From Octopus sinensis (taxonomy: Eukaryota), in NCBI RefSeq assembly GCF_006345805.1, contig NC_043000.1, positions 163,742,001 to 163,806,000 of the forward strand: a stretch of 64,000 bases of DNA, read 5' to 3'. Under the pieces are notes generated by a model. It saw only the letters and a program-made list of their open reading frames with translations, had not been told where the DNA came from and did not search any database. A program made the position numbers and the translations under genes. This document shows, piece after piece, positions 13,540-26,543 of this stretch. The stretch's first letter is position 1. Each line of letters starts with the position of its first letter.

Positions 13540-13851
13540 CGTTTCGGCAGATTCGGACGTGAATATCTAATCGCTGTTGTTTTTCGTCATCAGAGAACGC
13601 CTTCTCCCTTTAGACGATGTCCGTTCATAACACATACAGTTCAAAGTTCAACGCTGTTGGGGGATATTGAGACCCCTGCGATATTTCCGCCTTTTATTGT
13701 GTCTCCGCAGTCAAAACTACTCTAGTATTCCGATGAGTCTGGCAAGAGCACAGTTAATGAGTTTCGTCAGAAACCACTCCCAGGTAATGTGCGTTCATAA
13801 CAGGCGATTCACCGGTGTAGATCAAAATTCACGTTCGAATCTTCCAGAACG
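13540..13851. mobile_element. Tc1/mariner-type MITE, 25-bp TIRs, TA on both flanks
   Basis: TA|cgtttcggcagattcggacgtgaat ... attcacgttcgaatcttccagaacg|TA (4 mismatches in 25 bp). Confidence 0.65.
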
Positions 13852-13938
13852 TATAAAGATTGGATTGAAAAATTATTTATACACACACATACACCCACAA
13901 ATAGGCACACACACAAACATCATGTGTGTGTGTGTGTG

Positions 13939-14011
<73 letters not shown>

Positions 14012-14022
14012 ATGAATAAATA

Positions 14023-15050
14023 CATGAGCCTCTTGTTATGGAATCAACGCATTCCTGAACACTTGCTGTAACGCGAAATCCTCTTAGAGTGAGTGCGTTC
14101 CGACGTTTCTTGTTTTTTTTTTGTTTGTTTGTTTGTTTTTTGTAGCACTAACAGAAGCAAAACAAGCAATGCGACCGCCGTTATGAGTGAAAATAGTTTC
14201 TACACAAAGTACAGTATAAATATATAAGAACATCTGAAGAGGAACTCGCTAGTGGATAAGAATCGTAAGTTTCGGCCGCAAAAAATGTTTGCTGTGTGAC
14301 AAGCTGTTGGTTCTGGAATGAAAGCCAGTCGGAGGATGAGCAATACTATCTTCAAACTTGTAAGCTCATTATCATCAACATCTTTATTTAAAGTTATTTA
14401 ATGTTTACGGCACATCATCTCTTCATACAGCTCAGTGTGGAAGCTGAGCTGATTGTAAAGTTCTGTTGTAAATTTAATGTTACATTCACGGTTCGGGTTG
14501 TTATAAGAAAAATTCTGCAAACCAACCCTCAGAAGTTCTAACTCTTCAGCAATACTCCTTGTCGTCAGTTTAAATGCATTTGGTGGAGCTTCTGTGTTCT
14601 CTCTTCTCTTGTTCTAACAGCATCAGCTCCTTATTAAGTAAACGTTCATTATGGGACACAGACAACTCATCCGCATCATCCTCTGTGACTGCTTCAAACT
14701 CTACATCATTTATAACTGCCATAATATATTTTAGAATTCGATGTAGACCTGCTTATGAAATAACTGAAGCCACAGATACAGACAGGCTGTGGATTCTCCC
14801 CAGTTTTAGTTTCTCCCATGACTCACCTTTCTTAAACGACTCGCGAACACGGTCTTGGTGTCTCGCTTTTTAGAGCAATATACAAAGACCGTGTGATGTC
14901 ACACGTCACGCGGCATTGGCCTTTGTCTTCTGCTTCTTCAACTACCGTGAAAATCCACTGAAGATTGTTGTTTTTATATTATTGGAATCCAACCATGATT
15001 CGACGATAGGATGCAACAATAGACACTATACATAAGTACACATATATGAA
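14023..15050 (-). mobile_element. Internally deleted Tigger/pogo DNA transposon
   Basis: N-terminal HTH-like IALKSET../FKKGESWEKLKLGRIHSLSVSVASVI (~14760-14880) is joined almost directly to a Tigger-like C-terminus, EAVTEDDADELSVSHNERLLNKELMLLEQEK../LTTRSIAEELELLRVGLQNFSYNNPNRECNIKFTTELYNQLSFHTELYEEM (~14400-14722). Tigger-like end TA|catgagcctcttgttat at 14023; right end uncertain. Confidence 0.7.
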
Positions 15051-15096
15051 TACGTATACATACTTACATACATACATATACACATACATATACATA

Positions 15097-15154
<58 letters not shown>

Positions 15155-15201
15155 GTATTATATATATATATATATTATATATATTACATATTTATATATA
15201 T

Positions 15202-15233
<32 letters not shown>

Positions 15234-15280
15234 TATTATATAACTAACATTATATATCCGTGAGTAGCAGCAGAATCAGT

Positions 15281-15281
15281 T

Positions 15282-15349
<68 letters not shown>

Positions 15350-15352
15350 AGC
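15281..15352. repeat. (TAG)n microsatellite
   Basis: Directly visible. Confidence 0.95.
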
Positions 15353-15883
15353 AGTAGTTTGAAGTTAAACGGAGAATATAGAAAAAAGTTTTCGGGTTAA
15401 TCAAATTGACAGAACACACAAAAAAAAAGAACACGCCAAGCTTTTTATATGGTAATATGAAGAGAGGGGGCAAAAGATCAAAGATGAAATGTCTTGTGTA
15501 CCGTTGCCAAGTTCTTTGTTGTAATTGTTGTGGACTTGAAGGTGCATTTTTGCTTTTCTTTTTTCGTTTCTTTTCTTTTTTTTTTTTGAGATATAATTCT
15601 GTGTTGTTGACAACGTAGTAGTGGTTGTCTGTGTTGTTGTGTTTGTTTTTGTTTTTCATGTTTGTTGTGGATTTCATTGTTGCCGTCTTTTCATTTGGTT
15701 CTGCCTCGTAATTACGGTTTCTGTCGTTGGTTTGTTTGTAACACGGTTGTTTATGTTGTTCCTACTGCTCTGTTGTCTTAATTGTTGTTGGCCATTGTAC
15801 GATGTGTGTGTGAGTTTTGTGCCAGTGCAAACCCCATGTGTGTATATCTGAGAGGTGTTTATATGTATGTGTGTATATATATA

Positions 15884-15915
<32 letters not shown>

Positions 15916-15984
15916 TCATATATATATATATATATATTATATATAATATATATATATATACGGATAGATAAATATAGATATACA

Positions 15985-16053
<69 letters not shown>

Positions 16054-16079
16054 TATACGTATATATACATATATACACG

Positions 16080-16115
<36 letters not shown>

Positions 16116-16230
16116 ATATAATGTACATATATCTATATATACGTATATATATATATATGCATATATATACGTATTATATATATATATATTATAATATATA
16201 TTATATATATATATATGTGTGTGTGTGTGA

Positions 16231-16548
16231 AGGCGCATGGCTCAGTGGTTAGAGCGTCGAGCTTACGATCGTGAGGTTGTGAGCTCGAATCCCGGACCGG
16301 GCTGCGTGTTGTGTTCTTGAGCAAGGCACTTTATTTCACGTTGCTCCAGTTCACTCAACTGTAGAAATGAGTTGCGACATCAGAGGTACCAAGCTGTCTT
16401 TCCCTTGGATACACTGGTGACGTGGAGAGGGGAGGCTGGTATGCATGGGCGACTGCTGGTCTTCCATAAACAACCTTGCCCGGACTGTGTCTAGGAGGGT
16501 AACTTTCTAGTGCAATCCCATGTCATTCATGACCGAAGGGGTCTTTAC

Positions 16549-16552
<4 letters not shown>
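16231..16552 (+). mobile_element. tRNA-derived SINE, family C here
   Basis: A box tggctcagtgg, B-box-like gagctcgaatcc, core cttgagcaaggcactttatttcacgttgctccagttcactca, tail gggtctttacccttata followed by (TA)n. Confidence 0.85.
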
Positions 16553-16586
<34 letters not shown>

Positions 16587-16689
16587 ATATATTATATATA
16601 ACATATAATCTATATATATATACAATATATATATATACGTATATATACATATATATGTATATGCACGTATATATATTCGTACATAAGTG

Positions 16690-16905
16690 GATAGTTGTTC
16701 GTAGATTAAAATATAGCGCTGTTCTAGGCGGAGTCGACTGTGTGGTTCCGTGGCCCATAGCGAGGCCCAAGTCGGAGATGTTAGAGAGGAAGTGGTTGAC
16801 CAAGCAGAAGTGCCAGGCGACGGGGGTGTTCGAACGCAGTTGAACACCCCTCGGTGAACCTGTCGGCCAAACGGCGGCCCGTCTGCCCTACATGTAGTGT
16901 ACCAC
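16690..16905 (-). mobile_element. Penelope-like element GIY-YIG endonuclease fragment
   Basis: With frameshifts: LHVGQTGRRLADRFTE / NTPVAWHFCLVNHFLSNISDLGLAM / HSRLRLEQR. Matches the YIGQTGR.L..RF.EH...PVA.HF...H...R..LE pattern. Confidence 0.8.
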
Positions 16906-17194
16906 GCCTATATATACATATGTATATAACGTCTTGGAGATTTTAGGTCTACTTTTACAAATGTATCCATCTGTTGATGATGACGACGATGGTGGTGACG
17001 TTGATGCTGATGGTTATAATGATGATGATGAAGATGACGATGATAGAAGAGGAGTGATACTTTTGCCGTAGTTTGTTTCTTTTAGTTTTATTCTTACAAC
17101 AGTTGATATTGCTTTTTGTCTTACGTTGCTTTGTTGGGGGTTGGTGCCATTCATTCAATTACCTCTGTTGTTGATGTGGTCGCTGTTACTTTTG

Positions 17195-17265
17195 TTTATC
17201 TTTACCTTTTACTTACTCCAGTCATTGCACTGCGGCCATGCTGGGGCTCCGCCTTAAACAATTTT
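17195..17265 (-). mobile_element. 3' end fragment of a family A SINE
   Basis: ttttacttactccagtcattgcactgcggccatgctggggctccgcc. Confidence 0.7.
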
Positions 17266-17279
17266 TAGTCGGTTGTTTA

Positions 17280-17700
17280 TATTGTTATTTCTTTATTGCC
17301 CACAAGGGGCCGAACATAGAGATGACAAACAAGGACAGACAAAGGGATGAAGTCGATTATATCGACCCCAGTGCGTAACTGGTACTTATTTAATCGACCC
17401 CGAAAGGATGAAAGGCAAAGTTGACCTCGGCGGAATTTGAACTCAGAACGTAGCGGCAGACGAAATACCTATTTCTTTACAACCCACAAGGGGCTAAACA
17501 CAGAGGGGATAAACAAGGATAGACAAACGGATTAAGTCGATTATATCGACCCCAGTGCGTAACTGGTACTTAATTTATCGACCCCGAAAGGATGAAAGGC
17601 AAAGTCGACCTCGGCGGAATTTGAACTCAGAACGTAACGACAGACAAAATACCGCAAAGCATTTCGCCCGACGTGTTAACCACTCTGCCCGTTCACCGCC
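17280..17700 (-). mobile_element. Tandem dimer of family B SINE (~185-bp unit repeated; only one full head)
   Basis: cccacaagggg...aagtcgattatatcgaccccagtgcgtaactggtactt...cgaccccgaaaggatgaaaggcaaag..gacctcggcggaatttgaactcagaacgta occurs at ~17299-17470 and ~17483-17650. Confidence 0.9.
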
Positions 17701-18089
17701 TTCGGTTGTTTATATTGTTACTGTTATTGTTGTTGTGCTAGCTTGTCTTCTTTGTTGTTGTTGCTTGAAATGTTTCTCTCTTAGAACCGTGCAACGATTT
17801 CCTTTCACCATTACGGTTTACTAATCGTCACACAATTCATTGCTTACATTCAACCAGAAGTTATCGATGAAATCTCAGTGTGTAGTCACTCTGTCTGCTA
17901 GAAATAGCAGTTATATCTTTCTTGAAAAATCATCTTACTATCTTATAAAAATAGATGACACATTAGACACATGAAGGTTCCTGCCCTAACGATTACAGTG
18001 TTAGATTCTCGATCGAAAGACTGTGATTTCGATTGCTAGAAGGTGCGTTTGTTCTTGAACAAACATTTTATGTTACGTAGCTGCCATTA

Positions 18090-18292
18090 CGAGGGGTGCT
18101 GAAAAGTTCCAGAGTTTGGCTAAAAGAAAATACAGGAGGATCAGTTGATTATGATTTTATTCAACACACTTCCCTCTCAGATTCACACCCTTATTGTAGC
18201 GGTCCTTCAGTTTTTCTAAGCCTTGAAAGTTGGGCCTCCAACAAGACCTATTGCAATACGATTAAAACCAGAAACTGTTCAGCAATCCCTCG
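18090..18292. mobile_element. Mariner-type MITE with TA TSD
   Basis: TA|cgaggggtgctgaaaagttcc ... gaaactgttcagcaatccctcg|TA. Confidence 0.85.
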
Positions 18293-19250
18293 TAAATAGG
18301 TAACCCTGCGATAGGCTGGTGATCCGCCCAGGGGAAATACTGGGCTGACAACCTAACTTGTGGGTGGCATCATTCGAAAGCTACAACAATACGAGGAAGC
18401 GCTTTGTGACCAGTGATGTATAGAATCAGCCGATATCTGGTCGATGCAGTGACATAGTGACATTAAATACACGGTCTGAAAAAAAAAAGACTAGACGGTG
18501 AACACAGAAAGAAACGTAGAAACATAGGAGGCAGACAAAGAGAGAGTTAATTGCCTTGATTGTGAAGATGGTATAAAACGATTGAGAAAGGATAAGAGCC
18601 ATTGATCGATCTCAAATGTCTAGTTCGTCCGACACTTTGTCGACTCGGCTTATCGCAGCGCTGAAGAACGCACACATGATAAATAAAGTAGATAACATTC
18701 TAAAAGCAAAACAAAATCTATAGTTTTTCTTTCTCCTTCTTTTATTTTTTGTTTAATAATTGATTTTTGTCTTAGAATTCGTATAGTTTAACAAACAATA
18801 GCAAAAACAACAGCAGCAGCAGCAGCAAATGCGAAGGCAATGCAAGACAAAAGCGAAAGTAACACCGATGAAACGGTCGTCCACACGGACTGCTGTTTTG
18901 TTTCCCTTTGCCATGGCTTAGCTGTATGGCATGCAATTAATCCAGCGAATTAATTATTTGCACAGTAATAACATCAATGTATACAACATAAAACAAAGCT
19001 TCGTTATTTAAAATATAAAGCATAATAACATTTACGACACACAAAAACATAAAAACAAAACTGTATAATTTACGAAACAATACACTCTAAAACATCAACA
19101 AATAATACTTGCATTCTTTACGCTATGGCATCAAGACATACACGCACACGGACACATCTTTCTCTCCCTATATCTAACCATCGATCTGGGTCCATTTCTC
19201 TGTCTTTCTCCCTCTCACGCTCTCGTTCCCCCATCTCTCTCTCTCTCTCC

Positions 19251-19294
<44 letters not shown>

Positions 19295-19433
19295 TGCGTA
19301 TGAGTATGTATGTGTGTATATATGTATATATATGTGTGTGAGTATTTATATTTGTGTAAATATATGCGTGTATTTATTTGTATATATACATGCGTGTGTG
19401 CGTGTGAGTGGGGGTGTGTATATATGCACAAAG

Positions 19434-19469
<36 letters not shown>

Positions 19470-19670
19470 TGGGAGGGAGGGAGAGTGAGAGAGAAATAAA
19501 AACATACACACACGCGTGCGCGCGCGTAAGATTTCCATTGTTCATACATACATACATACGGACATACACAGAAAGTAAGACGTCCTTACAAAGCTTTCGA
19601 ACAAAAAGAAAAATATACGCACACCTACAAGCATAAATAAATAGCTATGTATACACTTTGTAAACAATAC

Positions 19671-19709
<39 letters not shown>

Positions 19710-19844
19710 TACACAAACACAAGACAGAAATATGCAAATATATATATATATATATATAAGAAAGATCGTTGGACGCAAAAGACGTGCACAAACACACACA
19801 CAAACCATGCAGTAAGATGCATCCACATACATTCACCAAGACAT

Positions 19845-20110
19845 ATATACATACCTGAACATACATACATACATACACATACATACATACATACATACAT
19901 ACCATACATACACACACACATACATACATACGTACTTACATACATACATACATACATACACATACATACACACACACATACATACATACGTACATACATA
20001 CATACATACATACATACATACATACATACATACATACATACACACACATACATACATACATACATACATACAAACATACATACATACATAAAAACATACA
20101 TACATACATA
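19845..20110. repeat. (TACA)n/(CA)n microsatellite
   Basis: Directly visible. Confidence 0.95.
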
Positions 20111-20753
20111 AAAACACAACACAACAAAACAAAACAGTTCATATCTATTTATTGATCTTACAATAAAACAGAATTATTTTAACCAGTTCAGCAATTATTT
20201 GTGTGTTCGCTTCTTTGTGAAGCAGTTGTTGCAGAAGGGGGTGGAAGTGGGGTTTTCATGGGGATCTTAGCGAAAGGAAAGGTTCAAGGAAAGAGGTTAT
20301 ACCGATGTTTATATGCAGGGGTTAAAGATTACTTATTTCTGCGTGTTTCTCTATTTATTTTCGCCATAACATCCGATTAGTGATGCATGTTAGTGTCACG
20401 TTGAACACATATATATATATACACACACATATTTATGTATATATGCTTTAGTTTATGTGTGGCGGGGGCGTGTATAGATAATTAAATTACTGTATGTGTG
20501 TATGCTTGTATGTGCGTATGTCTTTAAATATGTATGTAGAAAACTGACATAAAAATCAATATAACGGGTCCATACGTATGTATTTATTTGCAAGTGTGTA
20601 TGTGTGTGTGTGTGTACATGTATTGTATGAGTGTGTAATTGATTTTAGATATCGTATATATACACGACACATTACTACATATAGGCTATGTATGTTTATA
20701 TATACACATACATATTTACATATATATGCATATATATATATGTTTTATATATA

Positions 20754-20793
<40 letters not shown>

Positions 20794-20821
20794 TCCATAC
20801 ATACATATATGATATATATTA

Positions 20822-20882
<61 letters not shown>

Positions 20883-21124
20883 TATTAGAGACAAAACCAC
20901 TATTTTGCCAAACAAACAAGGAAAGACTAATCAATACATAAATTTTAATATATATATATATAATATGTACATATACAAGGCTGCACACACAACCATATAC
21001 ATATACACACACATACACACATATAATCAATTATCTATTCATACGCATATGTTTATATGTGTATAATTACATACATACGCATGCATAGAGCCAGGCAGGC
21101 AGTCAGGCAGACAGATGGATTGGC

Positions 21125-21201
<77 letters not shown>

Positions 21202-21231
21202 CACAGAGACACGCACAAATAGACACACAGA

Positions 21232-21410
21232 CAGGTGTAAATGGCTAGCATACTTGTCGGGAAAGCAAAGGGATACGAGTTCGAGTCCCATGCGTACGGG
21301 AAAACCTACCTTTTTTCCGCCGAGGGCTTATACGCCCCATTATTAGATTACTTTCTTTACTCATTTCACGGTGATCGCTTACAAGCTTTAAGCCTATAAA
21401 ATAATAATAC
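21232..21410 (+). mobile_element. tRNA-like headed short element (SINE-like), not a functional tRNA
   Basis: ggtgtaaatggctagca (A-box-like), anticodon-like arm ttgt-cgggaaa-gcaa, B box gagttcgagtcc, then cctaccttttttcc and hairpin gggc-ttatac-gccc. Confidence 0.55.
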
Positions 21411-21471
21411 ATACATATATAAATAAATAAATAAATAAATAAATAATTATAATATGTATATCTATGTATGT

Positions 21472-21530
<59 letters not shown>

Positions 21531-22623
21531 TATATATATAAAAGTTACTTGAAGAACGACGCGTGGCGTTCAATCATATAATAACAATTTAATAAATAAA
21601 ACATATGCATACATACATACATATCTGTACATATCTACATCTATATGTATATATACATGCATATATGGGTACAGGACACCACAAGAAAACGTAGAACACA
21701 ACGAGAAACGAAAACATAAAAAACAAAACAAGGAAACGGACTTTTTTTAACAACGAAAAAACAGAGTACAAGACATACAACACAAGGAACATTCCCCTTC
21801 TTCGGCTGCCCCCGTTTCAACTCATTGCGTGTTTCGAAGGTAAGGGCATAACACGACTACTTGGAAACATTCCTTCTCGCAAAGCGAATTAAATAAAAAA
21901 AATTTGCGGGGGTGGGGTAAAAAAAGGTGACAAGAATAAGACGTAAAGCAATACAAATAAAGAAAAAAACAATACAAATAAAGATAAAAACAGTTAAAGA
22001 CAGGACAAGGAGAAACTAACAATAAGGGTTTTTTTTAGCCTGGACGGTGGAAAAATTCATTTGAATGCATTCTGAAGAACGGTTTATGAGGACAGGAAAA
22101 GCCATTGTTGACTTGTTGAAGGCAGTAGTCAGCTAACTTTCTTTCTAACTTTCTTTCTGACTACTGATTTTCGAATCTTATAGGATTTTTTTATCAGAGG
22201 AATCTACACCAAATTGACCAGACTAAGAAAGACAAGCAGCCAATCTCTTTGTATACTCAACAATTACAATAGCTACAGAAAACTGGGGCTCCTAATTTGC
22301 ATACAGTGAGTGTTAAAACTTAATTTTAAATATCAGGGGCCTGTCAACGGGGATCCCAGTATAGTATTCATGAGTGATATACATAATATAAATACATACA
22401 TATATTGTAACACTATACGCACTTCCCCACCTCACTTACCAGAGGTTTTCATTTTTATGTAACATCTCTCTCTACATGTCGACGTCCCAATCTCTCTTGG
22501 CTTTTTGATCGAACAAATCGACCCTTGCTCTTGTAGTTTTCTTAAGCCTCGAACTTTTACCGGACCGCTAAATTTCGAGGACGTTCCAGCTTCCAGTTTG
22601 TCTAACATTTGAAATGTTTTTTT

Positions 22624-22664
<41 letters not shown>

Positions 22665-23338
22665 TATATTAATATTCTCAGTCTTGTCTTATTTTTGTCG
22701 CATAGTCGAAGGATATTCTATGTATACAGAAACCTGTGATGTTACTAGAATTTTTTGTCATTACCCTTGCTCCTTTGTTTCTTCCGTTTTATATATATAT
22801 TTTCTGTTCTCCTTCAAATTCGTTTTTTATTACAGTTTGGTCTAGAGACCGCATCCCTCCTTATAATTGTACTTGCCTTATTTTTTCTTTGCGTGTCCGT
22901 TTATGATATTCATGTATATCCTAGTAGATTATGCTGCTGACACCGCCAAATTGAACAATATTATCGTATTTTGTCAAAATTATGATGCTATGTGTTCGAC
23001 ACCTGATGAGGGAGAGAGCATGCCCGCTTTGTGTATTTTTACCCTATTTTACCGTATGTTCCTTTCATGTTTCCCTTCTGCTACATCCTTTTATCAAGCG
23101 CACACACACATTCATACATAGATAAAACCTGTGTAAGAGGGACTATATTAGTGAGTGTGATGGCTTGCGAATCAGTTATTTTGTTAAATAAAAAGTACGT
23201 ATCTTTCGTACTCCTCCTGAAGGCCTATAAAAGTTGGGCTTTAAGTCTAGTATTACAGCACGAAACTTAATACACACATTCACACATATAGAGGGATTGA
23301 TACGTGTATATAGATAGATAGATAGAGATAGATAGATA

Positions 23339-23376
<38 letters not shown>

Positions 23377-23400
23377 GCATATGAATATATATATAATTAG

Positions 23401-23431
<31 letters not shown>

Positions 23432-23576
23432 TATATATATATATATTTAACAATTAAGGAGAAATTCTTAAAGGGATCTTAACAAGAAATTATCAGGTAG
23501 TTAGCGTGAAAACCTCATAAAAGAAAAGAATTCGAAAATTATTTTTTTCTTTTGAACAAATTAATTATATCTATAT

Positions 23577-23991
23577 TGTATAGAGGGCATAAATACACAT
23601 AAATGCCTCACACTAAGAGGGACAAAGTCATTACTACCAAAATTACACTAAACATACCTAAATGCAGCTCTTCAAAGCAAGACATTTAAAAAATGAATTT
23701 AGTTCATTTACCGAATATATGATTTATAAACATTCCATGTGCTTGGCCGGAGTGAATAGATGTCTGTTCGTCTTCGCTGGGTAAGGTTGGTGGTTTATTT
23801 ATGATGTGTTCAGAATCAGTTTTGCTGAGGATCATAAGACGTAAGTTAAATGTGAAATCACGGTGATACAGAACTAAATTCATTTTTTAAATGTCTTGCA
23901 TTGAAGAGCTGCATTTAGGTATGTTTAGTGTAATTTGGTAGTAATGACTTGTCCCTCTTAGTGTGAGGCATTTATGTGTATTTATGCCTCT

Positions 23992-23996
<5 letters not shown>
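23577..23996. repeat. Near-perfect ~128-bp inverted repeat with 165-bp spacer
   Basis: Arm 23577-23705 is the reverse complement of 23871-23996, with about 4 differences. Confidence 0.95.
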
Positions 23997-24041
<45 letters not shown>

Positions 24042-25529
24042 TATATGTGCGTATATATATATATATATATATCCGTTTGTATATGAATATATATGTTCGT
24101 GTATATATCTATATATATTTATGCGTGTGTATGTGTGTATGTATATATACATAAACACATTTGTGTGTGTATGTGTGTGTAAAATATATTAAGCGAAAAG
24201 TTACAAGAGGTCTCAATAAATTAAATTTTTGTTTGTTTGACAGGATGGTTCAATTAATTTCTCATTTATTCTATATAATTACATCTGTAATGATGATATT
24301 AATATTTCCATAAAATCAACAATATTTGACATTTAATCAGACGAAAATCAAATAATTAACGGTTTCCTAATTTAAAACTCTGAACTTCTTTTAATAAATT
24401 TCTTCAGAATTATTGGTGAATTTATCAGAATTCTTTCTAGCATGGCATTGCATTCACTGGGCATATTTTCGCAAGAAAGTAATACATATCGAGATTAAAC
24501 GAAAAAGAATGTTTAAAAAACACAACTATGGGCAAAGCAGTAACCCCAACCCTCTCTACCTCTATGTGATTTACTGTCCTAATGTAGGCAAATGGGCAGA
24601 GCCAATATCTCAGGATATACTCTATATTTTCTGGACAAAAATGTCCAAAGGTATTTTTGTTAGACAAAAATGCCTCGCAGTATATTTTCCAGCTTCTTGC
24701 TTTGTGGGTTTAAATCCTGTCAAGATCACTTAACCTTTCACTCTTCTAAAACCAATAAGAAAAAGATCATTCCGCGGTGGTGGAGAAACAAAACCCTTAC
24801 AGTGTCTGACGGTGTGTTTTGTTTGCAATGCAGTATTACAGGAGTCTACGTCACGAAGATCAATTCCCTTCTACATCACGAAAATCAATTGATTTCTACA
24901 TCGAAACCTCGGCGATAATTTCTCTTTGCATTCGAATTTGAGATACATTATTACCGAGTCGAGAAATCATTTCTAGTTCGAATAATGAACTGAGTAAAAT
25001 TAATTTTGGCTAAAAGGAACGACACGCATAATATGACGAAAATAGGGAAGCTTTTGGAACGACCATGTTATCTGCGGCATCTTGTTTTTCAGCTCTATAA
25101 AACGGTAAACATTATTTGTCTAGGAACTATTTATCGGTTTATCATACTCTTGTAACAATGCTGGAGATTGGTCCAAACGTCGAAGTCTTCGAAATTTGAA
25201 ACCTAGAAATTGTAAAAAAATCTTTGATATTTATATTTCAAGTATAATTTTTATCGATGTGGATAATTAATTTACGGATAAGCATATTTCAGGAATTATG
25301 CGGTATGCCCTGTTTTGAGTGCAATAATAATCGCTACCTGATCCATCTAATAATTTTAATGGTACTGAAAAGTTGAAAAGCAAAGCTGATACATCAGAAA
25401 TTTGAAACCAGAACGTGGAGCTGGTGTCCCTAGCTACTTTCAATGACTTCATTTCAACGTCCTGTGTGCTCTCTGGTAATGATAAATTCTACTGATACTT
25501 TACATTATAAACCCTTAATTTTATAAAAG

Positions 25530-26230
25530 AAAAAGTAAAACAAAGTCGATTTCGGTGGGGCTTGAGCTCAATACTGGGCCGAGACAAACGCATCACTATT
25601 AATAATAATTCCTAGCATATGCATAATGCCACAAAAATTGACTCCATTATTTGACTGATGCTTTATTTTATCAATATAAGGCGGTTAAAAGGCAAGTTTG
25701 ACTGCTATGGGATTTATACTCAGAATGTAAAGAGCTGTAACTAAATACCACAAGGCACTTTGTCCGACACAAATAAATCAAGATATTCACAGCTCTAACA
25801 ATAGTAAGGGTATCAAATTTTGGGATAAGGTCAGCAGTTTTAAGAGTGGAGTTAAGTCGACCCTAGTGTTCAACTGGTGCTCATTTTATGGGCTCCGAAA
25901 AGATGGAAAACAGTCGAACTCGACGGGACTTAAACACAAAAACAAAAGAGCGAGAACAAATGCTGTAAAACATTTCTCCGACGTTCTGGCAACGATTCTA
26001 CCAATTTTTTGCACAAGACAAACAACTTTTTTTTTCTTTTGGTGGCAGAAAAGATCAGTCGATTTCATCGATCAAAGAATTTGACTATTAATTAATTCAT
26101 CTTATTGACCAAGAAAGGATGAAAGACAAAGTTGACCCGGTAGAATTTGGACTCATACCGTAAAATGATAGGGAATGCTGGTTAGCATTGTTGTGCGCTG
26201 TGCTAACGATTGTTCCAGCCCGTCGCCATC
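25530..26230 (-). mobile_element. Cluster of decayed family B SINE copies
   Basis: Repeated gaaaggatgaaagacaaagttgac / tactcagaatgtaaag / gaactcg motifs at ~25530-25780, 25840-26000 and 26080-26230. Confidence 0.65.
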
Positions 26231-26543
26231 TTCAATAATAACTTTAAAGATAACCTGTAACCACACTTTTTTTGTGCTGAAGACGATTACTCTCTCCTCC
26301 GACGAAATTATATATAATAAACTAAAATTATTTCGTTAGGTGCATATTTGTGGGTATATGTTTGACTGAGTATGGTGTATGAGTGGGCGCATGCGTGTGC
26401 ACTCGTGCGCAAGCAGTTTCTCTTTTCCAGCTGCAATCATAAGCAGGTCACCTCTCTTATGATTATATATTATATAATATTTTATATGATATTTCATATG
26501 TATATGCATGAATGTATTTAATAACTATATATTAATATATCAT

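Noticed and set aside
16231-16300. tRNA gene calls for SINE heads (also 10808, 21232, 43919, 59465, 63444)
   Set aside because: Cloverleafs are incomplete and run into SINE bodies; these are tRNA-derived heads, not tRNA genes
23003-23060. CTGATGA-ggga hammerhead-like start
   Set aside because: No downstream stem II partner or GAAA-N-UH
24413-24918. Overlapping complex ORFs on both strands
   Set aside because: No recognisable domain; short ORFs of this length are expected by chance
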